A stretch of DNA of 64,000 bases from Candidatus Tayloriibacteriota bacterium (GCA_016215455.1 JACRJP010000004.1:91787-155786); one strand, 5' to 3'. Positions 18,975 through 29,773 are shown, counted from the stretch's first letter. Numbers and translations: made by a program. Notes: generated from the letters alone by a model not told the origin.

Positions 18975-20681
18975 TTACTTGAAGTATTCAGGGGTATTTA
19001 TATTCATCCAATCGAAAAGTCCACGTGTAGCTGCTGCTGCTCCAATGAGATTGTGACGGCTCCCCTTCTCCAACACAACTGTAAATGCATAACGAGGGTT
19101 CTGATATGGGAAATATCCTGTAATCCATGAGTTAACATTTTCTTTGGTAATACCGAGTTCAGCAGTACCTGATTTACTTGCAATTTGAACATACGGAACA
19201 TTCAATGCCTGACTTGTTCCTTCTGTTGTCGACAACATCATACCTTCATTCACAATCTTAAAATAACTCTCAGGGATATCGATCGTACTTGCAACACTAC
19301 GAGGAGTATCTTTAATAATACTTGGATTCAATAGACTTCCATGATTTGCAAGAGCCGCAACCGCTCGTACTGCCTGCACAGGAGAAACTTGGAATCCATA
19401 CTGACCAATTGATGTATGGTACGTGTCACCCAATCTCCATGATTCTCCATTAAAATGAATCTTTTTCCATTCAGGAGTTGGAATAGTCCCCTGTGCACCA
19501 TTTGAGAAAAATGGAGCTTGTATTTTTTCACCAAAACCAAATAGACGAATATAATCATCAATCTTAGTGATGCCCAATCCTTTTTGATCCTTATACCCAC
19601 CACCGATAGCATAAAAATAGACGTCAGATGAAACTGCAATTGCATGACGCATATCGACATATCCATGAGCTTTCCAGTCACGAAAGATTGTTTGAATTGT
19701 AGGATCATACTGATTGGGAATCGAAATAGATCCTGTACTCAATATTTTCTTTGCAGGATCAATTAATTTTTCATTCAAAGCAGCGAGAGCAAGATACGGC
19801 TTGAGAATAGATCCGGGAATGTATAATCCATCGATGACACGATTAAGAAATGGTGTCCTCTTATCCTTCATATACTGACTAATTTTTTCTCGATCATCTC
19901 CGAGCGACATCACCATCGGGTCATATTCTGGATAGCTCGTCATTGCAATGATTTCACCAGTATGTACATCCATGATGACTCCCGAACCTCCCGAAAACCC
20001 CACCTTCTCAGACGTATCACGAATCACTTCATACAACTTTGACTGAATACGCGAATCGATCGACAGTGTCATATTCTCGCCTTGTTGTGACGGTCGAATG
20101 ACATTCTGACTTTGTACTCTTCCCAGTGCATTTGTTTCGATAAGACGAAGACCGTTCTTGCCTTGCAATTGCGCATCAAAAAACTTCTCAACTCCAGCTA
20201 CACCAATAAAATCTTCACGGTAATAAAATCCCTGTGCATCTTTGGTAGGATACTGAACATATCCTAATGTATGTGCAAGTCCCGGAGCCTTTTTATACTC
20301 TCGAGTTGTTACATCAATATTTTCGGTGCCTGGAGCGTTCCATGCAAGCTCAATACCATTACGATCAGTGATGACACCACGAGAAGCAAATATAGGTGTG
20401 TGTTTGAGACGATTATTCTCACTTCGATCAAGGAAAGCTTCTCCTTGTTTAATCTGTAAAAAACCAACGCGACTAGCATATCCCAAAAGAATAATAAAAA
20501 ATATAGCCCCTACCACAAACACGGTCGTGGTTGAAATTGGTGATTCAAGACGCCCTTCAAATTGATCAGTATCAAATTGTGGAAGATTGTGAGCATCAAT
20601 AAAAATCTCATCAGGATGCACTTCACCTCCCTTCCGTCGTCGAAATAATGTAGCAAAAAATCTCCGAAAAGTATGGATCAT
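18975..20681 (-). CDS. mrdA: penicillin-binding protein 2 (elongasome transpeptidase)
   Basis: TM anchor; transpeptidase motifs SxxK (GSILKP) and KSGT. Adjacent to mreBCD. Confidence 0.85.
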   Translation of the reverse strand: MIHTFRRFFATLFRRRKGGEVHPDEIFIDAHNLPQFDTDQFEGRLESPISTTTVFVVGAIFFIILLGYASRVGFLQIKQGEAFLDRSENNRLKHTPIFASRGVITDRNGIELAWNAPGTENIDVTTREYKKAPGLAHTLGYVQYPTKDAQGFYYREDFIGVAGVEKFFDAQLQGKNGLRLIETNALGRVQSQNVIRPSQQGENMTLSIDSRIQSKLYEVIRDTSEKVGFSGGSGVIMDVHTGEIIAMTSYPEYDPMVMSLGDDREKISQYMKDKRTPFLNRVIDGLYIPGSILKPYLALAALNEKLIDPAKKILSTGSISIPNQYDPTIQTIFRDWKAHGYVDMRHAIAVSSDVYFYAIGGGYKDQKGLGITKIDDYIRLFGFGEKIQAPFFSNGAQGTIPTPEWKKIHFNGESWRLGDTYHTSIGQYGFQVSPVQAVRAVAALANHGSLLNPSIIKDTPRSVASTIDIPESYFKIVNEGMMLSTTEGTSQALNVPYVQIASKSGTAELGITKENVNSWITGYFPYQNPRYAFTVVLEKGSRHNLIGAAAATRGLFDWMNINTPEYFK

Positions 20682-20686
20682 GGACC

Positions 20687-20959
20687 CTATTGTACCTTAA
20701 ATGTTTTACTTCGAATATATTCAACAAAAAGATACGCAATCACGGCAAAAGTTACCCCCGCATACATTTCAAAAAAACCACCTCCTGGTACACCATATAG
20801 TCCATCAAATACAATACCAAGAAATACTATCTCAAAATATTTTCGTATAAAAATAATAGCAATGAGTCCACAGGTTACTGTAACCCACCATGGAGCAAAA
20901 ACTAACACGATAATAAATACTATAAATATACCTATTCGAGGAAACCAAGATAATTTCAT
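20687..20959 (-). CDS. mreD: rod shape-determining protein MreD-like small membrane protein
   Basis: 90 aa, 3 TM helices, positioned between mreC and pbp2. Confidence 0.4.
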   Translation of the reverse strand: MKLSWFPRIGIFIVFIIVLVFAPWWVTVTCGLIAIIFIRKYFEIVFLGIVFDGLYGVPGGGFFEMYAGVTFAVIAYLFVEYIRSKTFKVQ

Positions 20960-20960
20960 A

Positions 20961-21737
20961 CTATTTTTTAACTGTTACCCATCGCATCTGTTGAATATTG
21001 ATTGGAGTCTTAAAATAGATCGCAACAAAAGCTCGAGCAGGATCAGTTGTCACATATTCAACAACACCAAATAGCCCTTCATACAATGCAGGAATAGTTA
21101 CCGGATCACCAGGAACAATTTTAAATTCACGAGGAACAATAGCTTCATATACACCTCCTCCTTTTCCAATAGCAGTAGCTCGCACTGAATCCTTTCCCAA
21201 CAATACCTCATATGTCTGATCAGGAGATGAGAACAACACCACCTTTGAACTATGTTCATAGACATCAACCACTCTACCAATGAGTGTTGATGAGGCGTAC
21301 ACATCTTTATTCACCTGTATTCCTTCAGCAGAACCTGCATCGATGATGATCGTATCGTATGGAGATTGTGGAGGTACACTTAAAACTGCAGCAAGTATTT
21401 CTTGATGAGTATTTTGTCGACCAAACATTTCTTTGAGTCGAGTATTCTCTTCACGCAAAAGAGAAATCTCTGCCCGAAGAGTTTCTGGTGATGATGACGC
21501 AAGATCAGAAGGAACTGGGTCACGGATGATTTGAATTTGATGCTGTACTGCTAATAAAGGAGTGAGTACTCGCAACAACAATCCTGTAAAAAATCTTGGG
21601 AAGATAATGTGTACGAGAATGAAACAACCAAGAATGGTTGCCACTATAACCGTAGGTCGATTATTTCGTTGTTGTTCTCTATTACTTTGTCGCAGGTAAT
21701 TCATCTTCGTTTTGTATGAGAGACTCTCGATATTCAT
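20961..21737 (-). CDS. mreC: rod shape-determining protein MreC
   Basis: N-terminal TM, coiled coil, C-terminal beta domain. True start is probably an internal Met to avoid the 56-nt overlap with mreB. Confidence 0.75.
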   Translation of the reverse strand: MNIESLSYKTKMNYLRQSNREQQRNNRPTVIVATILGCFILVHIIFPRFFTGLLLRVLTPLLAVQHQIQIIRDPVPSDLASSSPETLRAEISLLREENTRLKEMFGRQNTHQEILAAVLSVPPQSPYDTIIIDAGSAEGIQVNKDVYASSTLIGRVVDVYEHSSKVVLFSSPDQTYEVLLGKDSVRATAIGKGGGVYEAIVPREFKIVPGDPVTIPALYEGLFGVVEYVTTDPARAFVAIYFKTPINIQQMRWVTVKK

Positions 21738-22743
21738 CGATGTTTTCTAGTATAACACCCGTACCACGTGCAATAGCAGTCAAAGGGTCCTCAGCGATAT
21801 GAACAGGGATTCTCAAAGTATCAGCAAGAAGCTTATCGAGACCTTTAATGAGTGCCCCGCCACCAACAAGATGGATACCTCGATGCATCACATCAGAGAG
21901 AATTTCAGGAGGGGTTGTTTCAAGAACTTCTTTAGTTGCCTCAACAAGAAGTTCAATTGATGATGCCATAGCTTCACGAATATCAGAGTCAGTTACCACC
22001 ACCTCTCGAGGAAGACCAGTAATGAGATCACGACCACGGATCGAAGACTCCATTGGTTCACCTGATGCTACGGTACCAATTTGCATCTTAATATATTCTG
22101 CGGTTTTTTCTCCAATGAGAATTTTAAATTCATTACGAATATACGAAATGATATCAGTGTTCAGCTTATCACCTGCAACTCGAAGATTCTTTGAACGAAC
22201 TATACCGCCAAGAGAAATCACTGCAATATCGGTCGTCCCTCCTCCAATATCAACGATCATTGAACCAACTGGTTCATGAATAGGTAAACGAATACCAATT
22301 GCACCAGCCATAGGTTGCTCTACGATGTACACCTCGCGTGCTCCTGCATTCTTTGTTGCATCACGCACAGCACGAATCTCTACGTTTGTAACACCACATG
22401 GTACTCCGACAACCACTCGTGGACCAAGCATTTTCTTAGAAAAAGATTCTGCTTTCTTGATAAGGTATGCAAGCATTTCTTCTGTCACTTCAAAATCTGA
22501 GATCACTCCATCAACAAGAGGTCGCACTGCAACAATGTGAGCAGGAGTTCGTCCTAACATATCTTTTGCTGCTTGACCCACAGCAACTACACGACCAGTT
22601 TTCTGATTAACTGCAACCACCGAAGGTTCATTCACCACAATTCCCTTTCCTCGAACATAGACAAGAGTATTGGCAGTACCGAGATCGATCCCGATATCAT
22701 TTGAAAGTGATGTGCCAAATTTTGTCTTGAAGAAATCAAACAT
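21682..22743 (-). CDS. mreB: rod shape-determining protein MreB (actin homolog)
   Basis: GIDLGTANTLVYV phosphate-1 motif; DIGGGTTDIAVISLGGIV. Confidence 0.9.
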   Translation of the reverse strand: MFDFFKTKFGTSLSNDIGIDLGTANTLVYVRGKGIVVNEPSVVAVNQKTGRVVAVGQAAKDMLGRTPAHIVAVRPLVDGVISDFEVTEEMLAYLIKKAESFSKKMLGPRVVVGVPCGVTNVEIRAVRDATKNAGAREVYIVEQPMAGAIGIRLPIHEPVGSMIVDIGGGTTDIAVISLGGIVRSKNLRVAGDKLNTDIISYIRNEFKILIGEKTAEYIKMQIGTVASGEPMESSIRGRDLITGLPREVVVTDSDIREAMASSIELLVEATKEVLETTPPEILSDVMHRGIHLVGGGALIKGLDKLLADTLRIPVHIAEDPLTAIARGTGVILENIDEYRESLIQNEDELPATK

Positions 22744-23983
22744 AATTAAGGAATTCTGTACGAGTTTTTATATCTGCTGTTTCATTTGTTCGAGCCTTTA
22801 CCTCAACTGAATCAGTTGCCATGAGCTTTTCACTCACCACCACTCGAAGTGGAAGACCGATAAGGTCGGCATCAGCAAACTTTTCACCTGGACGAAGATC
22901 ACGATCGTCATACAACACCTCAATACCCTTCGCCGTCAAATCAGAATAGAGTTGTTCTGCATATGCAGCCACCTTCCCTTCTTTATCAAAAATACCAATG
23001 AGATGCACCTTAAATGGTGCAATAGATTCAGGCCACACAAGCCCCTTATCATCAGCAAATGTCTCAGCAATCGTACCCATGACACGTCCTGGGCCAATAC
23101 CATATGAACCCATGATGACAGGTTGCTTTACTCCCTTCTGATCAACATAACTTAATTCAAGTGCATCTGAAAATCGAGTACTAAGATTGAAAATATTTCC
23201 AACTTCTACTGCTTTCTTTTCAATAAGGTCTTCTCGACGAACGCCAAGATCCTTGAGAACTTCGTCATTGAGGACCTCTTTGTTAACCGCAATCTTCTTC
23301 TTTTCATCAATATAGATAAGATCTTCTCCTGCATCAGTTATTGTCTGAAACTCATGAGAGTATTTTGAGAATGAACCACCTGAAGCAAATGTGACGTATG
23401 TTACTGCACCAAGTCCTACTCGTTCAAATATTTTAATATATGCTTGTTTAACTTTTTCATAGAAAGCATCGTGTTGTGCAGTATCTGCAGAGAATGAATA
23501 CAGATCCTTCATAACAAATTCTCGACAACGCATGATACCTGACTTCGCACGAGTTTCATTACGAAACTTTGTTTGGAATTGATAGACATAGCGAGGCACA
23601 TCACGATATGACGCAATGTAATCTTTCATGAGAGCAGTAAGTTCTTCTTCATGAGTTGAACCGAGACCTACTTCTGTTTCATTCTTGAGTTTTGTTTTAA
23701 ACCACACATCGAGTACAGCATCGTCCCAACGTCCTGTTTTTTCCCAATTCTTTTTGTCTTGTAGAGCGGTGAGAGTGATCTCCTGACTACCGATAGCATT
23801 CATCTCTTGGCGAATAACTTCAATGATTTTGTTAAGTGTTCGAAGACCTAGAGGAAGAAATGAATACACACCTGCCATTTCTTTGTGAATAAAGCCTGCT
23901 CGAATGAGTAGTTGTGCATTTTTTGATACCTCATCCTTTGGGGCATCCTTACGAGTTTTTGTGAAGAGATGTGATTGTTTCAT
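22736..23983 (-). CDS. proS: proline--tRNA ligase (short bacterial-type lacking the editing insertion)
   Basis: Class II motifs; N-terminus collinear with ProS. 415 aa, i.e. no INS editing domain. Confidence 0.85.
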   Translation of the reverse strand: MKQSHLFTKTRKDAPKDEVSKNAQLLIRAGFIHKEMAGVYSFLPLGLRTLNKIIEVIRQEMNAIGSQEITLTALQDKKNWEKTGRWDDAVLDVWFKTKLKNETEVGLGSTHEEELTALMKDYIASYRDVPRYVYQFQTKFRNETRAKSGIMRCREFVMKDLYSFSADTAQHDAFYEKVKQAYIKIFERVGLGAVTYVTFASGGSFSKYSHEFQTITDAGEDLIYIDEKKKIAVNKEVLNDEVLKDLGVRREDLIEKKAVEVGNIFNLSTRFSDALELSYVDQKGVKQPVIMGSYGIGPGRVMGTIAETFADDKGLVWPESIAPFKVHLIGIFDKEGKVAAYAEQLYSDLTAKGIEVLYDDRDLRPGEKFADADLIGLPLRVVVSEKLMATDSVEVKARTNETADIKTRTEFLNYV

Positions 23984-24046
23984 GGCGTAATAATAACCGA
24001 TTTTAACGATTTGTAGATACTTGACACGATAGTAATGTATGTCTAT

Positions 24047-25168
24047 CTATTTCCAGAGATTCCAAACATCTTTGAAGGTAACAATGAGCATGAGAAGGAG
24101 GAGGAGACCGAAACAAACAGCATTCACGGTATTTGCAATCTTGGGGGAAATATTTTTGCGACGAATTGCTTCGATGGTGACAAAGAGGATGCGTCCTCCA
24201 TCAAGTGCAGGAAATGGGATGAGATTAAGTACTCCAAGGTTGATTGAGATGAGAGCAGTAAACATACAAAGGTATGCAAAGCCGAGTCCAGCTGCATCTC
24301 CAACAAGTCCTGCGATACCAACAGGTCCTGTGACTGAACTAAGATTTGCTTCTCCACGAAAAGCATTTACAACGAGATCAAAAAGACCTGTTGCAGTGCC
24401 TATAATAAGATGTACGGTAAATCTCCCTCCTTCATATATTGCATAGTGAGCGGGTAGAGAAAGTGTGCCGACTTCATCCATTGAAATACCGACAGCGTAT
24501 TTATCAGCAATGATTCCCCTTTCAGCAACTACATTCTTCTCAACAATCTCCTCTCCTCTCTTAATAGAAAATGTAACCGGCTTTCCTTCACTTGTAGCAA
24601 TTTCTGTACGAATAGCTTCTATATCGAGTGTATCCCCTTTGATCTGAGTTGCACCTGAAGTAAAGCCGACAATGACATCACCTCCCTTAAGACCTGCGCC
24701 CGCAGCTGGAGATCCTGGATTCACCAGTGATACAATAATTCGACTATCTTGAAAATGAGTTGGATACTTTTCTGCATATGATTCCTTTGAACTAGCAACA
24801 CCCGCCATGAAAGCAAATGAAATGAGTATCCAAGCGAATATAAAATTGAAGAGAATTCCTGCAATCAATACAATCACCTGCTGCCATCGAGGTTTAGCAA
24901 CGAGACTCCGATTCTTATCAGGACCTTCAAGACTTTCTGAATCAGGACTTTCTCCAAAGATTTTTACAAAACCTCCAAATGGAATCCAATTCAAAGAGTA
25001 CACCGTCTCACCATATTTTTTACCAAACATTCTTGGAGGAAAACCGAGTCCGAACTCATCAACACGAATACCAAACTTTTTTGCAGCAAGAAAATGTCCA
25101 AGCTCGTGAACAAAAACAAGTATTGCGAGAACTATGAGAAACAGGATCGTTGTGGTGAGTGCGTGCAC
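24047..25168 (-). CDS. rseP: RIP site-2 zinc metalloprotease RseP (M50) with PDZ domain
   Basis: HELGH zinc motif in TM1, central PDZ, C-terminal LDGG motif. Confidence 0.85.
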   Translation of the reverse strand: MHALTTTILFLIVLAILVFVHELGHFLAAKKFGIRVDEFGLGFPPRMFGKKYGETVYSLNWIPFGGFVKIFGESPDSESLEGPDKNRSLVAKPRWQQVIVLIAGILFNFIFAWILISFAFMAGVASSKESYAEKYPTHFQDSRIIVSLVNPGSPAAGAGLKGGDVIVGFTSGATQIKGDTLDIEAIRTEIATSEGKPVTFSIKRGEEIVEKNVVAERGIIADKYAVGISMDEVGTLSLPAHYAIYEGGRFTVHLIIGTATGLFDLVVNAFRGEANLSSVTGPVGIAGLVGDAAGLGFAYLCMFTALISINLGVLNLIPFPALDGGRILFVTIEAIRRKNISPKIANTVNAVCFGLLLLLMLIVTFKDVWNLWK

Positions 25169-25180
25169 AAATAAATGAAG

Positions 25181-25732
25181 TTAATTTAATATTTCTTTTT
25201 CTTTCTTCTCATACAGAGCGTCGAGAGCTTTGTTAGCTTCATCAACCAATTTCTGTGCATCAGTCTTGTGGCGGAATACATCATCCTTACCCAAAGAACC
25301 ATCTTTTTCCTTTGTCTGAAGATCCTTCATGACATCATCTCGATTTCCTCGAATACGCTTCTTTGCTTCTTCCAACTTCTCTTTAGCTGCTTTTGTAATC
25401 TGAACACGTCGTTCTGCAGTAAGTTCGGGGAAAATCACTCGAAGTCCCTTATCATCCACTGTTACTGAAACACCAGTATTAGAAGCAATAATAGCCTTCT
25501 CAATATTTTTTGCCTGTGTCATATCCCAAGGAACAATACGAAGACAACGAACGTCTTCGTTGGTAATACTTCCTAATTCTTGAATAGAAAGAAATGATCC
25601 ATATGACTCTATCTTGATACCATCAAGTACTGCAGCTGAGGCTCGGCCTGTTCGAATATTAGAAAACTCCTTCTTGAGCCATTCCTCTGAATCTTTGATA
25701 TGTGTCTTGAATTTTGAAAAGTCGTATGCCAT
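25181..25732 (-). CDS. frr: ribosome recycling factor
   Basis: Full-length RRF pattern (183 aa, ...IRTGRASAAVLDGIKIE...). Confidence 0.9.
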   Translation of the reverse strand: MAYDFSKFKTHIKDSEEWLKKEFSNIRTGRASAAVLDGIKIESYGSFLSIQELGSITNEDVRCLRIVPWDMTQAKNIEKAIIASNTGVSVTVDDKGLRVIFPELTAERRVQITKAAKEKLEEAKKRIRGNRDDVMKDLQTKEKDGSLGKDDVFRHKTDAQKLVDEANKALDALYEKKEKEILN

Positions 25733-25749
25733 ATGATTGTTGTGTGGAG

Positions 25750-26460
25750 TTAATTATATAGACTAATGGCAATATTCTCAAGGAGAAGCTTCACTGATGA
25801 ACTTCGATCTGAAATATATGATTCTGTTTCGAGGAGAAGCTTGAGTATTTTATTTTCACTCAATGTACGTTGTGCTGCTCTTGTACCACTCAATGCTCGG
25901 ATAATAGCGGCAACAAAAGCTTTAGCATCTGATCGTGTTGCCTTTTCATCTGAAATATCTTTAGCAATCTGTGCAGCAATATCGAGTCGATCTTTCAAAG
26001 TATTCTTTGGATCAATAAATTTTGAAACTAGAGCCGAAAAGAGATGCTCATCATCCTTACAGTGTTCTTCTCGTAGATCAATATGGAGAGCACGACTTCG
26101 TAACGTTGGTAGTACAACATGCAAACTTGGAACGATAATAAAAAAGTGACTACCTTCTATCGGCTCTTCAAATATTTTGAGGAGTGAATTCTGTGCTTCG
26201 ACCGTAGCGCCATTCATAGAAATGACGGTCACTCGCTTCCCTGTTGCATCAAAGCTTTTTACTTCATGAAGATGTTTAATACGACGACTATCATCAATCG
26301 AAAGGGTCTCAATTTCTTCAAAACGAATATCAGGATTAGCAGCAATCGTCATTCCAAGTTCATTTTCAATGAACATACGAAGTAAAGGAGTAACAACCGT
26401 ATGCTCGCCGGTAATGATATATGCGTGATGAAGACTATCTTTTGAGAATGGGAGTTTCAC
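25750..26460 (-). CDS. holB: DNA polymerase III delta'-like subunit
   Basis: HHAYIITG start, NSLLKIFEEP and LPTLRSR motifs of delta'. No Walker A. Confidence 0.55.
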   Translation of the reverse strand: MKLPFSKDSLHHAYIITGEHTVVTPLLRMFIENELGMTIAANPDIRFEEIETLSIDDSRRIKHLHEVKSFDATGKRVTVISMNGATVEAQNSLLKIFEEPIEGSHFFIIVPSLHVVLPTLRSRALHIDLREEHCKDDEHLFSALVSKFIDPKNTLKDRLDIAAQIAKDISDEKATRSDAKAFVAAIIRALSGTRAAQRTLSENKILKLLLETESYISDRSSSVKLLLENIAISLYN

Positions 26461-26476
26461 TTCGTTAGTATATCTC

Positions 26477-28171
26477 TTACCTCTTCACATCAGCAATACC
26501 TCGACAGTCATACACCGTTGCAGATACTGAACGATCTATCTCTTGATATACCACTTTACAAGAATCTAAATATCGTCGATAGACACTCGCAGGGTCTATT
26601 CTCGGTACATTTATTTCTAGATAATGTTCTTTATACGTATTGAGAGTGGTAATCTTCTCATTAATATCAAAAGCAGGATCAGTATAGAGACGCTTACGGT
26701 ACTTCCCTATTTCCTGAATCTCATTTCCTCCATTGTCGTTATACACCGTGACGTATTGTATGCTTGGATCATTTTTAATAAACTCAGTGACTGCTGGTAA
26801 AAGACCAGACGCAGAACCATATATATTTCCAAACATGTATTCTTCAATAAACACAAGGTTGTATACCAAACTTAGAGGGATAAGTACGAGGAGCATTTTT
26901 GCACGAAGATGTGACTTAAAAAATGCAATAACAACAGCACTAAGAGAAATGACCCACGACACCGCTAGAAAAAGAAACGACATATAGAATCCCAAAGGAC
27001 CAGATCCACCTGAGAATGGATAGAGAAAATTCCATTTGAATGACAAAACTCTCGAGATCCATGCAGCTTTTGGATGTAGTGCTGGAACGGAGTGAGAAAA
27101 GAACATAAGAGCACCTACGACAATAGCAAGAATACTCCCCACCACCAAAAAGGTTCGCGTATGTCTATACGAATCACTCTTCCACATAGTAACTACTGCA
27201 ATTGCAGAAGTGACACAAAGTGGAATGATTGCAAATTGTAAGTATCGATCAAGAGCACCGATTGAAAAATCAAAAAGAATTAGATAGAAGATACAACCAA
27301 AGATAAGGTAGAACAAAAATGGCATGACCTCATGACGTCGTTCTTTCGACAAACACACCAGTGACAGACAAAGAAAAGGAGAAAGATACAAGATTACTTT
27401 AACAAACTGAATAGCTGTCTGCATCCAATTCCTATCAGCACGAATGAAATGTTCCCAATATGCTACGGCGGTTGATAAATTGAAAAATGAGAAAAGACTC
27501 TGTGCGAGTATCAAACAGATAATTAAAATAGCCACTCCTCCTAATCCATACGCTCCATATTTCACAATATCACGTCGAGTGATGTGTGTTCGTTTACTCC
27601 ATATATAGTCTGCAATGATAGCGGCAATAGCAAGGACAAAACTTACCTTAATAAAGAAACCGAGGAGACATGCAAGAAGAAGTAGACCCAACCACATCAA
27701 TCTCTTGCGACCAACTGAAGCCTGCACCTTATAATACGCAATCAAAGCACTCAAAAAAAAGAACGGCATGATCTGTCCATCAGTATCAACCATAAGTGAT
27801 GCAAGCACCGAGAAAAACGAAAGGGTGAAGAATACACTTCCCACTGTGGCTATCGTCCTTCCAAAACGCATACGAAGAAGATAGTACAGGAGGAGCACAT
27901 TCACCACGCCGAATGAAAGTGGTACAAAACGAAAATCAACATCATACCCAACAACAGCCCCTGCAACACGATACACAAATTGTGATAATGGCGGGTGTGG
28001 AATTTCCGTATCACTCACAATAGCTGGATTTACAATTTTCGGCCATTTATATTCATCTTGATGAAGAGGTAGGCTCGTGCCTGGCAAACGAATAACTATA
28101 AACACTACAACAAGTAGCACAAGAACTACTTTTTCATGATTTCGGAACCATTGCGTTATTGTTGATATCAT
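26477..28171 (-). CDS. polytopic membrane protein, probable ArnT/PMT-like (GT-C) glycosyltransferase
   Basis: About 12 TM helices with a large C-terminal soluble domain. Co-operonic with a GT2 and a methyltransferase. Confidence 0.4.
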   Translation of the reverse strand: MISTITQWFRNHEKVVLVLLVVVFIVIRLPGTSLPLHQDEYKWPKIVNPAIVSDTEIPHPPLSQFVYRVAGAVVGYDVDFRFVPLSFGVVNVLLLYYLLRMRFGRTIATVGSVFFTLSFFSVLASLMVDTDGQIMPFFFLSALIAYYKVQASVGRKRLMWLGLLLLACLLGFFIKVSFVLAIAAIIADYIWSKRTHITRRDIVKYGAYGLGGVAILIICLILAQSLFSFFNLSTAVAYWEHFIRADRNWMQTAIQFVKVILYLSPFLCLSLVCLSKERRHEVMPFLFYLIFGCIFYLILFDFSIGALDRYLQFAIIPLCVTSAIAVVTMWKSDSYRHTRTFLVVGSILAIVVGALMFFSHSVPALHPKAAWISRVLSFKWNFLYPFSGGSGPLGFYMSFLFLAVSWVISLSAVVIAFFKSHLRAKMLLVLIPLSLVYNLVFIEEYMFGNIYGSASGLLPAVTEFIKNDPSIQYVTVYNDNGGNEIQEIGKYRKRLYTDPAFDINEKITTLNTYKEHYLEINVPRIDPASVYRRYLDSCKVVYQEIDRSVSATVYDCRGIADVKR

Positions 28172-28812
28172 TTTTTTTCAGCAACAAACAACATCTGACC
28201 TGCAAAAGGTTTTATCGGAGAATTAAGATACGCTCGAATAATCAATGGGTGTACCGGTATTATTGAAGGACGAGATCTCAAAGAGAAAGGCAAAAACTTT
28301 GGCTTCATAAGTTTGATATCAAAGTGATGAGATATCAAGAAACTTTCAAGTGCCCCGTGACTGAACACTTTTTTGTGAGTAGGATCATCAAAATAACTAC
28401 GATACGCGTAATAATAATTCGGCTGCATCAAAATAAGAATACCTTTATCTTTCAACACTCGACGTATTTCTGATATGGTCTGAGTGAGTTCATCGTCAGA
28501 TAAGTGTTCAAGTAAATTACTTGCGTGTACCACATCCACAGAATGATCAAGGATTTGTTGAAACTCAAGAACACTTGATTGAATTTGAATTACCCCAGGA
28601 GCTGCATAGTGTGATAGTTCCGGAGAATGATCAACTGCATATCTTTTACCTGTTGTGACAACATTATTAATAAAATCACAATACCCCGCCCCAAGATCAA
28701 GAACGGTTGCATCAGATACGATGAAAGGAGTGTGGTGACGCACAATTTCTTTCCACACGATTGCACGTGAAGGATCGGGAACAAATCGTGAAGCGTAATA
28801 ATCGTCTTTCAT
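28168..28812 (-). CDS. class I SAM-dependent methyltransferase
   Basis: Motif I VLDLGAGYCDF. 4-nt overlap with the downstream gene. Confidence 0.6.
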   Translation of the reverse strand: MKDDYYASRFVPDPSRAIVWKEIVRHHTPFIVSDATVLDLGAGYCDFINNVVTTGKRYAVDHSPELSHYAAPGVIQIQSSVLEFQQILDHSVDVVHASNLLEHLSDDELTQTISEIRRVLKDKGILILMQPNYYYAYRSYFDDPTHKKVFSHGALESFLISHHFDIKLMKPKFLPFSLRSRPSIIPVHPLIIRAYLNSPIKPFAGQMLFVAEKK

Positions 28813-28813
28813 G

Positions 28814-29530
28814 TTATATTTTTCTAAATCTCATTTTAGTAATGAGCCACATCATTCTAAAACCAAGTTTTGCTGCCTTCCATATATCTCCAGTATACAT
28901 TGATTCCCCAATACGCTGACGATACATGACGGGGACTTCAATGGGTTTAAACCCGCGACGAATCGTCCATACCATAAATTCTGGAGAGAATTTACCTCCC
29001 CCATCAGACGTAGCAAAAAGATCTTGAATTTTAGTAAGTGCAGAACGAGAAATGAGCTTATACGTACAGCCCACATCTGTAAAAGTTGAACCGTTATGAA
29101 GTACCTCCAAAAACTTTGCGACAAACCAATTTCCAAAACGAACAGGAAATGGCATAAAAGCACCTGACCAAATAGCTGCACGTGATGTGCGTGTTCCAAA
29201 TACGACTTCATAATCATTACTGTAGACCAGAAGCTTTTCTATATCTTTTGCATCAAACGTACCGTCAGCTTCACACATGACAATGAGATCACCTGTTGCT
29301 TCCTTGAGACCTCGCATGAGAGCATGTCCATAACCTTGATGCTCAGTCTCTCGAATATGTATCGCTTTAGTTTTCTGAATCTCAGCAGCGGTATTACCAC
29401 GAGCATTATTATCAACAGCAATTACTTCATCCACAAAGCCAGTATTGAAAAAGTCCTGGATGACTGCTGCAATGCTTTTTTCTTCATTATATGTAGGTAA
29501 CACCACACTGACCTTCTTTTTGTGATACAT
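28814..29530 (-). CDS. family 2 glycosyltransferase (polyprenyl-phosphate sugar transferase-like)
   Basis: VVLPTYNEE, DxD-type acidic motif (MCEADG), GT2 fold. Confidence 0.8.
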   Translation of the reverse strand: MYHKKKVSVVLPTYNEEKSIAAVIQDFFNTGFVDEVIAVDNNARGNTAAEIQKTKAIHIRETEHQGYGHALMRGLKEATGDLIVMCEADGTFDAKDIEKLLVYSNDYEVVFGTRTSRAAIWSGAFMPFPVRFGNWFVAKFLEVLHNGSTFTDVGCTYKLISRSALTKIQDLFATSDGGGKFSPEFMVWTIRRGFKPIEVPVMYRQRIGESMYTGDIWKAAKLGFRMMWLITKMRFRKI

Positions 29531-29558
29531 AGAAATTTACACACATACTACCATTAAA

Positions 29559-29594
29559 CCTACTTCTTTGAAATAATTGTCTTCTTATATGTAA
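29559..29594. repeat. direct repeat copy 1 (remnant 3' end of the mreB-like gene)
   Basis: 36-bp match to 30166-30200 with 2 mismatches. On the minus strand it encodes ...TYKKTIISKK* like the intact gene end. Confidence 0.7.
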
Positions 29595-29637
29595 TGAAGA
29601 CTCTCTTTAGAAAATGGATGGCCATTCTAGAATAATA

Positions 29638-29666
29638 TTGACATACTTAAATAGTAGTGTTAATTT
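29638..29666 (+). promoter_or_regulatory. sigma70-like promoter (TTGACA-N17-TGtTAATTT)
   Basis: TTGACA at 29638-43, 17-nt spacer, extended -10 GTGTTAATTT. Confidence 0.5.
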
Positions 29667-29773
29667 AGGTATTAAGCTCTTGAATAAACCCGAGGGCGGA
29701 AGATACCTGTAAATTGTATTGAATTATAGAGCTCTGGTATATCCTTCCGCCTCATAAGCGGAAAGGAAGAACT

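Noticed and set aside
21848-22540. Numerous plus-strand ORFs of 60-140 aa nested inside long minus-strand genes (e.g. 21848..22279, 33375..33806, 46461..46682, 52692..53277)
   Set aside because: They lie antisense within strongly conserved genes, have low-complexity products and lack start signals, so they are shadow ORFs.
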